DNA of 64,000 bases. It comes from Candidatus Hodarchaeota archaeon. Lineage in GTDB: Archaea; Asgardarchaeota; Heimdallarchaeia; Hodarchaeales; Hodarchaeaceae. This document shows, piece after piece, positions 10,594 through 19,649 of this stretch. The stretch lies in assembly GCA_016839815.1 (NCBI GenBank), contig JAEOTM010000032.1, positions 66,879 through 130,878 of the forward strand. Direction: 5' to 3'. Position 1 is the stretch's first letter. Each line of letters starts with the position of its first letter. The translations under genes were made by a program, and so were the position numbers. The notes under the pieces are model-generated. The model was not told the origin of the DNA. It made no database searches and was given only the letters and a program-made list of their open reading frames with translations.

Positions 10594-10765
10594 GCATTAA
10601 CTAGATTAATTATAGTTAACTTATATCTCATTCTTTCTTTTTTTTTTAATTTTCAATCTAAAAACAGATTACGATTATCAAAAACAATCAACGATTGAGA
10701 ATCTGCGATGCCCGAAAGAAAGTCATATTAAAAGATTAGTGAGTAAGGCCAGATAGGTAATATTA

Positions 10766-11296
10766 GTGGATAAAATACAGCTTCGTGAGTTTTTTGAAGA
10801 ATATGAAACTATAGATGCAAATAACTACTCCCATCTTTTTGATCTAATTAGGAGAATAGTGAGCAGAGTTCTAAGAAAATCACGACCAGGCATTTTATTA
10901 GGATTAGAAGATTTAGGTTTTCATCCTCAGGGGTTTGTTGGAGGCTATCACCGAGTTGGTACAAACGAAATATATCTAAACAGAAATGTATTACAGATGA
11001 TGCGAGAAGAAACTCCTAAAGATCATTATAAAGCCTACCTATTTCATCTGCTCCTTCATGAGTACATTCACTCAATAGGAGTCATCGATGAGCATAAAAC
11101 TAGAGATTTTACAGCAATAATCTCAAGAGCAATATTTGATACAAAGCATCCTGTGTATAAAATTGCAGCTTGGGGTCTTAACGCTCTCTTCCCCCATGAA
11201 TTTTACGAGGGACACTTTGAACCTGAAGAGCATACTCCAAGAAATATTGAATTCATACAACTAGAACATCATGATAGTCGATTAACATATATCTGA
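10766..11296 (+). CDS. Zincin-like metallopeptidase (HExxH)
   Basis: LLHEYIHSIG motif. Confidence 0.7.
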   Translation: MDKIQLREFFEEYETIDANNYSHLFDLIRRIVSRVLRKSRPGILLGLEDLGFHPQGFVGGYHRVGTNEIYLNRNVLQMMREETPKDHYKAYLFHLLLHEYIHSIGVIDEHKTRDFTAIISRAIFDTKHPVYKIAAWGLNALFPHEFYEGHFEPEEHTPRNIEFIQLEHHDSRLTYI

Positions 11297-11449
11297 CGTC
11301 AAACTTCGGTAATAAATAGCCTAGTTCCTTCTAGGTGTCATTTTTTTGGTACTTCCCGATTTCCCTCAATAATCCACCCTTTCTGTTTGAAGCTTAACTT
11401 CATAGTAGAACAACTTTTAAATTCCAAAAGAAATTACTGAGGTTGTGAA

Positions 11450-11698
11450 TTGGTTATTGTGAAAAAAATCGGCGGATTAGCAAAGGGAGCTACAAAGGGA
11501 GTAGTAAAAGAGGCAATGAGTACTGTATTACAAACAGCTGTAAAAGAAATTATCGTAGAAACTGGTGCAAAAGACTTAGCGAAAGAACAACTACTCGATG
11601 CTGGAAAAAAGATTATGGGAGATAAATCTATCCCAAATAAACAAAAAATTGAGAAAGAAATCTTAAAAACACTGATTAAAAAAGAATTAGGATTATAG
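11450..11698 (+). CDS. Small basic helical hypothetical protein
   Basis: SD GAGGT, TTG start, 82 aa. Confidence 0.65.
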   Translation: MVIVKKIGGLAKGATKGVVKEAMSTVLQTAVKEIIVETGAKDLAKEQLLDAGKKIMGDKSIPNKQKIEKEILKTLIKKELGL

Positions 11699-11776
11699 AA
11701 GACATTAGAGACTTAATCCTAAAATAATCATCTGTTATCTATTTTTCATATAAATTCACTTTAAAACGAAGAGGAC

Positions 11777-13942
11777 TTATATACTGTTTTTTCCTGAATT
11801 AATGGGATTTGTAACCTTAGTACCTGGTTGATTATTAGCTACCGTATTCTGTAATAGAGACATAGATTCATTTCTCCATTTTTTTCTTTCTAAACGGATT
11901 TTCAAAGACGAGAGTTCCATATAAATAGCGAGAATAAGTACTATGACAATATTTATTGTTGCATAAATATCTCCACTAAAATTCTTGGTAATAGACCCTA
12001 GAAATAAGCAAAACAGAAGGATTCGACTAACATTCACGAAGAAGACCATTATTATCCCTTCAGGTTTCTTTCGTATGAATTGAAACCATTGAATAACAAC
12101 CAAAATGAAAATTTGCAATCCTAGTGCTGCTACCAAGTGTCCACTCCAGATTGTAAATCCCCCAATCTGATATACAATAGAACTGTCATTCACCGCGCTG
12201 ATAGAGTAGATAGGAATGTTATAAGACCCATCTATACTTAATCCAGTCAGCAAAATTAACACGAAAAGTAGAATTTCATAAACCAAACCCGAAAGTAATG
12301 TAAATGAGATGAAGACAGCAGAAAGAAAAGAAAAAATTGGGCTTAGAATGAGATACAATAGTGTCCAAAGGGTAGAAATTAATTGAAATAGTCCCGATCC
12401 ATTTTTTTGAGACCTAGAATCACCAGAGACGTCACCAGGATGAATATGGGAACGACTATTTTGTATAACTGAAGATTGCGGGGAAATTTGTGTTGAAGTA
12501 GATTTGATTTCAGCTCGGGAAGGAGATTTTGAAGCAGTAGATTTCTGAATCTCCAGATGTGAAGAAGGTGAAACAGAATCACGACCTAAATAATGTAATC
12601 CACTGATTATTGATCTTTTTAAGGCAAGATGTCGTTGAAATCCCACCGTAATTTCGAAAATAAGGTAAGTGCATGGTAGTAGTAAACTTAGAAACACTCC
12701 ATATGACCCAAAGTAGTCCCAAAAGTAGTCGTAGCTATATGCAACAAGCATCATTAATGAGCGAATACCGAGTAATCTACCAATCCAGAAACTAGAGCTA
12801 TTCAACTTAAAGGAGGATCCATTAATCTCATCTTCGGATGAAAAGCTGATTACTATCAATGCTATAAGGATTCCACTAGCTAATAAAAGATGGATAGATA
12901 AAACTGGTAACAATCGTTCGGTTTCAAAATAATAAAATTCGCTGATGAAAATGATCTCTCCCCATCCATACCCCCAAGCAAAGAAGAAACTAATCAGGAG
13001 AAAAATTCCACTAAGAAGCAATGTAAGTCGTTCACCTGTGGAATAATCTTGAAAAGTCCCACTCCACTTGTTTAGTTTATTGTTCATATCTGATATTATC
13101 TCATTATTTTCTATTGAGTTGGCTAAAGCAATCAGTGAGGGAGAAATTGTTTGAATCCATAGCTGACTTTTTAACTGTCTTTCAAGCAATAATTCTCCCG
13201 CAATTAATATTGGAACAGCTATTATGGCTTCCCAAGGTAATGGTAATAATGAGCCTTTGAGGAGGAGGATAAGAAAACCTATTCGTGCAATTGTGATTAT
13301 AACAGTATCATCAGAAACTCTAGAAAATTCTCTTATTGCCATTCTTCTCTTCCATTTCAAGATTAACCATCCTTCAAAGAAGAGGAAAACCAAGAACCAT
13401 AATATCGAAATGGAGAGATATTCCTCTATTAAATACTGAATATTACCATAAGAGAAAGTAGTTTGCCCCATGTAACCAAAAGGTCGTATTACTACCATTA
13501 TTATAGCTGAAATATAGATGAAAGCTGATATAATTCTAAAAAATGCGAATATTTTGTTTCTTCGAAGCTGAGATAAATAACTAGCAGATATTCGGGGGGT
13601 AGAAAAGGCCTTTTTATGAGTAATACCTTTAAATTTCTGATTTTCTTTCTGTTTTAATGGAATTGTTGTCGTTAGATCAACTTCCTCATCATCGGATTCT
13701 AAATACTGATCACATATTTCAGAGGGAGAACCACACTCTTCCATAGCCTGTAAAACATTTGAATGGGTAATAGTGACTTCTGTAGCAAGTTCATTGCTCC
13801 TAATATACATAAAGTCATTAATCTCAGTAAGTAAGGTATCAATTTCATTTGGATGCATTTTACAGGTCGATTTCATATATTCCTCAATATTATCAATGTA
13901 AGAGCGAATTAATTCCCTTGCATCAGTATTCATTTCTTTCAA
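11777..13942 (-). CDS. HAAS-domain multi-pass membrane protein (PadR partner)
   Basis: N-terminal YI..I....EI..LL.EI...A.EECGSP.EI..QY followed by many TM helices. TTG 13942 follows SD GAGGT. Confidence 0.75.
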   Translation of the reverse strand: MKEMNTDARELIRSYIDNIEEYMKSTCKMHPNEIDTLLTEINDFMYIRSNELATEVTITHSNVLQAMEECGSPSEICDQYLESDDEEVDLTTTIPLKQKENQKFKGITHKKAFSTPRISASYLSQLRRNKIFAFFRIISAFIYISAIIMVVIRPFGYMGQTTFSYGNIQYLIEEYLSISILWFLVFLFFEGWLILKWKRRMAIREFSRVSDDTVIITIARIGFLILLLKGSLLPLPWEAIIAVPILIAGELLLERQLKSQLWIQTISPSLIALANSIENNEIISDMNNKLNKWSGTFQDYSTGERLTLLLSGIFLLISFFFAWGYGWGEIIFISEFYYFETERLLPVLSIHLLLASGILIALIVISFSSEDEINGSSFKLNSSSFWIGRLLGIRSLMMLVAYSYDYFWDYFGSYGVFLSLLLPCTYLIFEITVGFQRHLALKRSIISGLHYLGRDSVSPSSHLEIQKSTASKSPSRAEIKSTSTQISPQSSVIQNSRSHIHPGDVSGDSRSQKNGSGLFQLISTLWTLLYLILSPIFSFLSAVFISFTLLSGLVYEILLFVLILLTGLSIDGSYNIPIYSISAVNDSSIVYQIGGFTIWSGHLVAALGLQIFILVVIQWFQFIRKKPEGIIMVFFVNVSRILLFCLFLGSITKNFSGDIYATINIVIVLILAIYMELSSLKIRLERKKWRNESMSLLQNTVANNQPGTKVTNPINSGKNSI

Positions 13943-13943
13943 C

Positions 13944-14339
13944 TTAACTACCTCTTTCTTGCTTATAAGTGTGAATTTCATTATACCAGTTTTGAATGGA
14001 CATATGATAAGTAAAATATGTTTGAATCATTGATTCAATCATCTGTTCACCAGTAGTAGTAATAGTATATATTCTACGGGGCATACCTGGAGATTCTATG
14101 TCTTCAGCAATTATTGATGTAATTAAACCGTCGAGTTCCATTCGTTTGAGCAATGGATATACAGTCCCAGCCTTCAATGGAATTTTAGTCTCTCTAAGCA
14201 TCTTAATTAACCCATAACCATGCGCTTCTTCAGTATGTAAACGGATTAGTAACAAGATCATCAATTTTAATAATCCACGTCGTAAATCACGTTCCCAATT
14301 TTGGATAATAGTGGGAGCATCTCTGGAATCTGTGTCCAC
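13944..14339 (-). CDS. PadR family transcriptional regulator
   Basis: LRRGLL, HGYGLI, GTVYPLLKRME.DGLI and RRIY.IT..G motifs. Confidence 0.95.
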   Translation of the reverse strand: MDTDSRDAPTIIQNWERDLRRGLLKLMILLLIRLHTEEAHGYGLIKMLRETKIPLKAGTVYPLLKRMELDGLITSIIAEDIESPGMPRRIYTITTTGEQMIESMIQTYFTYHMSIQNWYNEIHTYKQERGS

Positions 14340-14559
14340 GTTGCTTCTGTTACTATTTGACAGCTTTCATGCCCCAATGACGTTTTCTAATTAAATACTA
14401 CTTATGTGAACCATTGGTTCTTGTGAGTATGTCTCTGTCAGTACACCTATATATATTGTACATCTATATTTAAGCTTAGAAAATGCGGCAAAAACAACCG
14501 TAATAAATTTTAAGAAACTTCTCATAATGTACTTAGATAAATCCTAAGAGAGGATTAAA

Positions 14560-15123
14560 GTGGTAAGATGCTTTGTATGCGTAGAAATCGCTGACTCAAC
14601 AAATATTCAGACTATTGAGGAAGTTCTCATGAAATTAAAGCTGATCAGAGGGATCAGACCTGTTAAAACTAACCAGCTCCACCTTACTCTCAAATTTCTG
14701 GGTGAGATAGCAGAAAAAAAGCTTCCAAGTATCATTCAACAGCTCAAGACTATAAAAATTCCAACTTTTTCGTTAAAATTCTCCAGCATTGGTAGTTTCC
14801 CCAATAATGTAAGACCCCGAGTTATATGGACAGGATTAACGTTTGGTAACCAAGAATTAACCACATTGGCTAAAGAAGTTGACCAAAAACTTATGCAAAT
14901 CGGCTTACCTAAAGAAAAAAGACGCTTCTCACCTCATTTAACTCTTGGACGGGTTAAAAAGTTAACTAATGACACAAAACTGGAGTTAACTACATTTTTT
15001 CAAGAAATGAAAGAGCTTACAGGAGAGGAAGAGAAAATCACTCGATTTGTCTTTAAAGAAAGTATGTTAACTCCCTCTGGTGCAGTCTATAAAGACCTGG
15101 CGACATTCTCCCTAATCGAATAA
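14560..15123 (+). CDS. thpR: RNA 2',3'-cyclic phosphodiesterase (2H family)
   Basis: Two HLTL motifs, PRVIW, G.VY. Confidence 0.93.
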   Translation: MVRCFVCVEIADSTNIQTIEEVLMKLKLIRGIRPVKTNQLHLTLKFLGEIAEKKLPSIIQQLKTIKIPTFSLKFSSIGSFPNNVRPRVIWTGLTFGNQELTTLAKEVDQKLMQIGLPKEKRRFSPHLTLGRVKKLTNDTKLELTTFFQEMKELTGEEEKITRFVFKESMLTPSGAVYKDLATFSLIE

Positions 15124-15134
15124 CTTCTAGTTTT

Positions 15135-15323
15135 TCAGACCATTCGTCGGTTATCTTTTTGTTTAGCAATTACAGAGATATTTTCGAAATACACTTCTTG
15201 TTTACAGGGGTCACATAAATGTTTGTTCTTCTCTGTTGGATGGTCATATATCTTCAGACTTTCCGATTCTACCCGTCCACAGGTATCACAAACGGTTCTT
15301 CTACCTAACTTCAATGAATCCAT
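15135..15323 (-). CDS. Small C4 zinc-finger protein
   Basis: CDTC...CDPC in a 62-aa ORF. Confidence 0.65.
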   Translation of the reverse strand: MDSLKLGRRTVCDTCGRVESESLKIYDHPTEKNKHLCDPCKQEVYFENISVIAKQKDNRRMV

Positions 15324-15571
15324 CTCTCAACTCGGTGAAATTAATTACATTGTGCATGTAATTACTTTGTGTTACATAAATTAACCAGAGGTTAAATAAA
15401 AGTTTATCTAACAAATTTCTTCGTATGATAGGAATTAAATCTGAATTCAGTCAATCGTGGGGATCCATGCACAGGATACAGATTTTTGCAATTCATATGT
15501 ATATATAATAACTTATGAAAGGGATGTGTCCGAAGGCCTGGTGAATACGACCAAGTACAATGATGCGAATT

Positions 15572-15919
15572 TTATAAAACTTTTTTGAGTTTTAGTAAAT
15601 CCACCATTTTACCCTTGATTTTTAGATCGCCTGCTGTAAAAGCACTCATGGCCTTAATTTCTTTATTGAGTACTCCGAGCCACGTTTTAGAGTCAGTTAT
15701 TAATAAAATGTCATACTTCTTTGATTTATCAATCGGTTCTTCTGTGAGTTCTCCAGGTAAACCAGCTGTTAAAGTGGTCGTCCACGTTTTATTAAACTCT
15801 TTAAAAGAAAAAGCAACGGTTTTGTTCCATTTCTTAAAGCGTTTTTTATTTTCTTCTTTAGAAAGCTTCCCTAGTACTTTATTTATCCCGTTCACTACTT
15901 GACCTTCCGTATCAGACAT
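15572..15919 (-). CDS. SCP2 sterol/lipid-binding domain protein
   Basis: AMSAFTAGDLKIKGKM..LLKL signature. Confidence 0.9.
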   Translation of the reverse strand: MSDTEGQVVNGINKVLGKLSKEENKKRFKKWNKTVAFSFKEFNKTWTTTLTAGLPGELTEEPIDKSKKYDILLITDSKTWLGVLNKEIKAMSAFTAGDLKIKGKMVDLLKLKKVL

Positions 15920-16002
15920 AATTCTACCAACTCATGGGTATTCGTTGAATTCAAGATATGCACTTTTATCTGTATCCAATGTGGGATCTAGAGGAAGTGG
16001 AG

Positions 16003-17310
16003 TTACGTGGCTTTGGCAACTTTTGCTGCAGCTCTAGCTTTCTTTTTTCGCGCTTTTTCACGTTTTAATGCAATGTCAAGTTTATTTTTTCGTGCTTGGA
16101 GTCCATAATGAATCCATAATCCAAACGCTCGATACCAAACGTGAGCGAATTTTCCGAAAGGGGCTAAGATCATTAGCTCCATTATGGTAATTACATGGAT
16201 AACAAAGAACCAATAACTCCAGATTGAGGGGATGGAGGTTAGATAGTATGTCAGTGTGATTAAAAATCCAGTTAACCCAACAAGAAATAGATTTGTTAGA
16301 AATAACCAATCACAAGTAAGACTATGACTTGCATAACGACTATTTTTCTGTACACGAGACCGCACAGCCATAACTACACCGATCATTAATGAAATCCCAC
16401 TAAAAATCCCCAATAAACGAATAGGGTGCGTAATCTCAACCAATTGATTGGCATCTGGTTTTAAAAACATATTCAAAGTTGTAGCTATACCTAAACCAAA
16501 GAAACCCCATAATATAAAGAGATGCATTAACCAACGGTTTCTAATAAATTGTGATTTAAATTCTGGACGGTGCGGGGGAAGTGCACACTCAAGCTGCCTG
16601 TATTGTAGAAAAACTTCTTTGAAGATTACTATAAATGCCTGTTTGGTCATGATAAACGGAGAAAATAGTAAATGGTAGGCGGTATTGAGCTTCAGATCAT
16701 TTCTTCGAGTCTTAAAAGCTGTTTTTACCCCGTTTCGTAGATTTGAATCATACTCCTTCGAAATTTGCCTATACATATTGAGGATAGATAATCCAATTAT
16801 AAGGAAAAGTACCCCTGCAATTGCTATCCCCACAATCTCGACAATTTCTTTCGACACAACGTCAAAAAGCCTAACTGGCCTTCCTTCAACAATTTTTTCA
16901 GGATTGCCTAGAAGGTTAAAGAGCACTATTGCAAAAAGAGCTACAAAACCCATAAGGAAGAACCCACCAAATCGGTTCTGGTTAATAATACGAGATAAAC
17001 CTGTAACTTCATATTGGCCCATCGCCCACCTTCGAGATGCCATTACAAACTCTCCAGGTTCTGCATCACGAGGACATGTATCAGAACAATCGTTACAATA
17101 TGAACATAACCACATCTGGTCACTTCCGAGAATCTTTTCCTTTAATCCTACACTCGCATAACGAATGAGATTTCGTGGAAAAGGATCCGCATCATCGGAT
17201 AAGGGACAAATTGCTGTGCAATTGCCACAATTAAAACATGCACTGACATTAAAATCACTGGTGGAATAATTCTTGATTTCGTCAATTAAATCTGGATCAA
17301 TAATGGTCAT
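16003..17310 (-). CDS. QmoC-like protein: HdrC-type 2x[4Fe-4S] domain fused to a cytochrome b-like membrane domain
   Basis: CFNCGNCTAICP and CSYCNDCSDTCP; about 6 TM helices with RWLMH..I.WGF and H...PFGKFAHVWYR. Confidence 0.88.
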   Translation of the reverse strand: MTIIDPDLIDEIKNYSTSDFNVSACFNCGNCTAICPLSDDADPFPRNLIRYASVGLKEKILGSDQMWLCSYCNDCSDTCPRDAEPGEFVMASRRWAMGQYEVTGLSRIINQNRFGGFFLMGFVALFAIVLFNLLGNPEKIVEGRPVRLFDVVSKEIVEIVGIAIAGVLFLIIGLSILNMYRQISKEYDSNLRNGVKTAFKTRRNDLKLNTAYHLLFSPFIMTKQAFIVIFKEVFLQYRQLECALPPHRPEFKSQFIRNRWLMHLFILWGFFGLGIATTLNMFLKPDANQLVEITHPIRLLGIFSGISLMIGVVMAVRSRVQKNSRYASHSLTCDWLFLTNLFLVGLTGFLITLTYYLTSIPSIWSYWFFVIHVITIMELMILAPFGKFAHVWYRAFGLWIHYGLQARKNKLDIALKREKARKKKARAAAKVAKAT

Positions 17311-17323
17311 TCATTCTCACATC

Positions 17324-17602
17324 CTATGAGGGGACTCTCGAAACAAGAGCCCACTTGTGATACTGTCCCTCACGATTAGATGTTTCTACAACAAGACTGT
17401 ACTTTCTCATACTGGTCAGATACCAATGAACGACATGCTTGGGCTGACCAATTTCTTCAGCAATTGCTGGAATAGTCTTTTCTTTTGAAGTATCAACATC
17501 ACTACCCAGTAAAGCTTTACGTATGTGATTCTTAATTACGCTGGCTTCAAGAACGCGATTAAAGCGATTCTGAAGTACATTTAGTGGTTTAGAATTACTC
17601 AT
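17324..17602 (-). CDS. Small winged-helix protein inside the hdr/qmo-like operon
   Basis: TIPAIAEEIG...VVHWYL..MRKY.LV helix-turn-helix pattern. Confidence 0.75.
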   Translation of the reverse strand: MSNSKPLNVLQNRFNRVLEASVIKNHIRKALLGSDVDTSKEKTIPAIAEEIGQPKHVVHWYLTSMRKYSLVVETSNREGQYHKWALVSRVPS

Positions 17603-19647
17603 ATGTCAACCTCCTGCACAAATCCATCAATCATACCTTCCAAAGCTGCTAATGAATACCCTTGAACATCAATTGCTCCTGGAGTGGGACACACTGCAAC
17701 ACAAGCACCACAACCTTTGCATAGTGCAGGATTTACTTGTGCACAAGAAACAATTTCATTATTGATAGTTGTTTCAACCATTTGTATTGCATCAAGATAT
17801 TCACATTCATTTACACATAGACCTGTCCCTGTACAAATCTCGGGTTTTACTTTAGCCACATAGGGTTCGAGTTCTGTAAATTCCTTACCCAAAATAATAG
17901 ATGCTTTGGAAGCTGCGGCAAGTGCTGCGGAAGTTGCTTCTGTAATATCAAAAGGTGCTTGAGCGGTGCCCGCTAGCATAATACCACTGTTAGCCACCTC
18001 AACAGGCCGTAATTTCGGATGTACTTCCAGAAGAAAACGATCAGCTCCAATAGGAAGATTGAGCTGTTCGGTTAGATTTTTTTGATCTTTCGCTACCATT
18101 CCTACTGCAAGAACAACTAAATCAACAGGAATCTCAATTTCTTCTCCGTAAGTTAAATCGTCCTTTACTTTCATATGGAGACGGTGCCCTTCTTCAGGTT
18201 TATAAACAGATGGTAAATCATTGGAAGTATATTTAAGAAAAATAGCTCCAGACTTGGAAGCAACCTCATAATAATCTTCTTCATGAAAACGACCATAAGT
18301 TCGCATATCACGATAAAGATTATACGTTTTTACGTGAGGAAAACGTTCTTTAAGTTCATTAACGGATTGAAGACTAGCAGTGCAACATACGCGAGAACAA
18401 TACTCGTTCAGTTCCCCATTGCAATTCTGACCAGGTTTAAAGTTCTTTCCAGCTTGTCTACTTCCCACACAGTGAATGAATCCAACCGATTTGATTGGAT
18501 GTCCATCCCACTCTAATTTCTCTTCAAATTCTCCGCTAGGGGCTGTCATTCGGATGAATTGGGGTAATGTGATTACATTTGGATATTCATTCCATCCATA
18601 TTCCCCTTCAAATGGAATATATGTATCAAAACCAGTGGCTAATATTATTACTCCTACGGTGATATCAGTAAATGTAGGATCAGCGGCTACTTGAAATCGA
18701 TTTGAATCATCAAGAGCTGCTTTACATTCTCCACAACTCGTACATGAATTCCAATCAATTGCGGGAGCTTGAGGATAATGACCTGGATGTGGACGGAGAA
18801 TTGCTTTTTGATCATACTCTCCGTTGGGGGTAAGTTCCCCATCAACAACTACAGGACAAGCATTCATTGCTATCCGAAGTTCTGCATCACTAATATGACC
18901 AACAATTCCTCGTGAAACATGTCTTTTCAGAGATAATTCAAAATTACCAATATAACCTTTAGCTTTATCAATTTGAGTATTTATATAAACAGTAATTAAT
19001 GGATGCTTAATAACCTCACTAATCAGAAGAGCTAAAGATTCACAGGCAACCTCATTTGTAGGAAAAATTCTATCTAATGATGCCATACGACCTCCTAAAT
19101 AGGGAGATCTTTCTATTAATTCCACAGCAAGACCAGAATCAGCTAGGTCTTTAGCTGCACGTAAACCAGAGACACCACCTCCAACAACAAGGACTCTTTT
19201 CGTTGTTTGAATCTTTATAGTTTCTAGTGGATCAAAATTAACTGCTTTATTGACTGCAGCACGAATCAGAGAGATGGCCTTTTCGGTTGCTTTCTCAGGA
19301 GTGTGAGGATGAGCCCACGAAACTTGTTCTCGGATATTGGCGTGTTCATAGAGAAATACATTCATTCCACCACGATCAGTAGCTCCTCGAAAGGTTGTTT
19401 CATGTAGTTTAGGGCTGCAAGATGCTACTACAACTCTATCTATTATACCATCTTGGATATCTTTTTCAATAAGTTCTTGTCCTGTTTTAGAACACATAAA
19501 CATATTACGACGGGATACAACAACTTTGGGGTCCTCCTCTAGAGCGTTACGAACCGTTTCTACATTTACAACATCACTTATATTTCCACCACAGTGACAA
19601 ATATAGACTCCTGCCCGCGGAAAGTCATTTTTTTCTTCATTGGTCAT
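17599..19647 (-). CDS. hdrA: HdrA-like flavo-iron-sulfur protein (N-terminal domain, FAD domain, C-terminal ferredoxin)
   Basis: CHCGGNI, ASCSP, GGGVSG, CVGSR, YCSRVCC, E.HPKLRPV and CKGCGACVAVCP motifs. Confidence 0.92.
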   Translation of the reverse strand: MTNEEKNDFPRAGVYICHCGGNISDVVNVETVRNALEEDPKVVVSRRNMFMCSKTGQELIEKDIQDGIIDRVVVASCSPKLHETTFRGATDRGGMNVFLYEHANIREQVSWAHPHTPEKATEKAISLIRAAVNKAVNFDPLETIKIQTTKRVLVVGGGVSGLRAAKDLADSGLAVELIERSPYLGGRMASLDRIFPTNEVACESLALLISEVIKHPLITVYINTQIDKAKGYIGNFELSLKRHVSRGIVGHISDAELRIAMNACPVVVDGELTPNGEYDQKAILRPHPGHYPQAPAIDWNSCTSCGECKAALDDSNRFQVAADPTFTDITVGVIILATGFDTYIPFEGEYGWNEYPNVITLPQFIRMTAPSGEFEEKLEWDGHPIKSVGFIHCVGSRQAGKNFKPGQNCNGELNEYCSRVCCTASLQSVNELKERFPHVKTYNLYRDMRTYGRFHEEDYYEVASKSGAIFLKYTSNDLPSVYKPEEGHRLHMKVKDDLTYGEEIEIPVDLVVLAVGMVAKDQKNLTEQLNLPIGADRFLLEVHPKLRPVEVANSGIMLAGTAQAPFDITEATSAALAAASKASIILGKEFTELEPYVAKVKPEICTGTGLCVNECEYLDAIQMVETTINNEIVSCAQVNPALCKGCGACVAVCPTPGAIDVQGYSLAALEGMIDGFVQEVDI

Positions 19648-19649
19648 AT

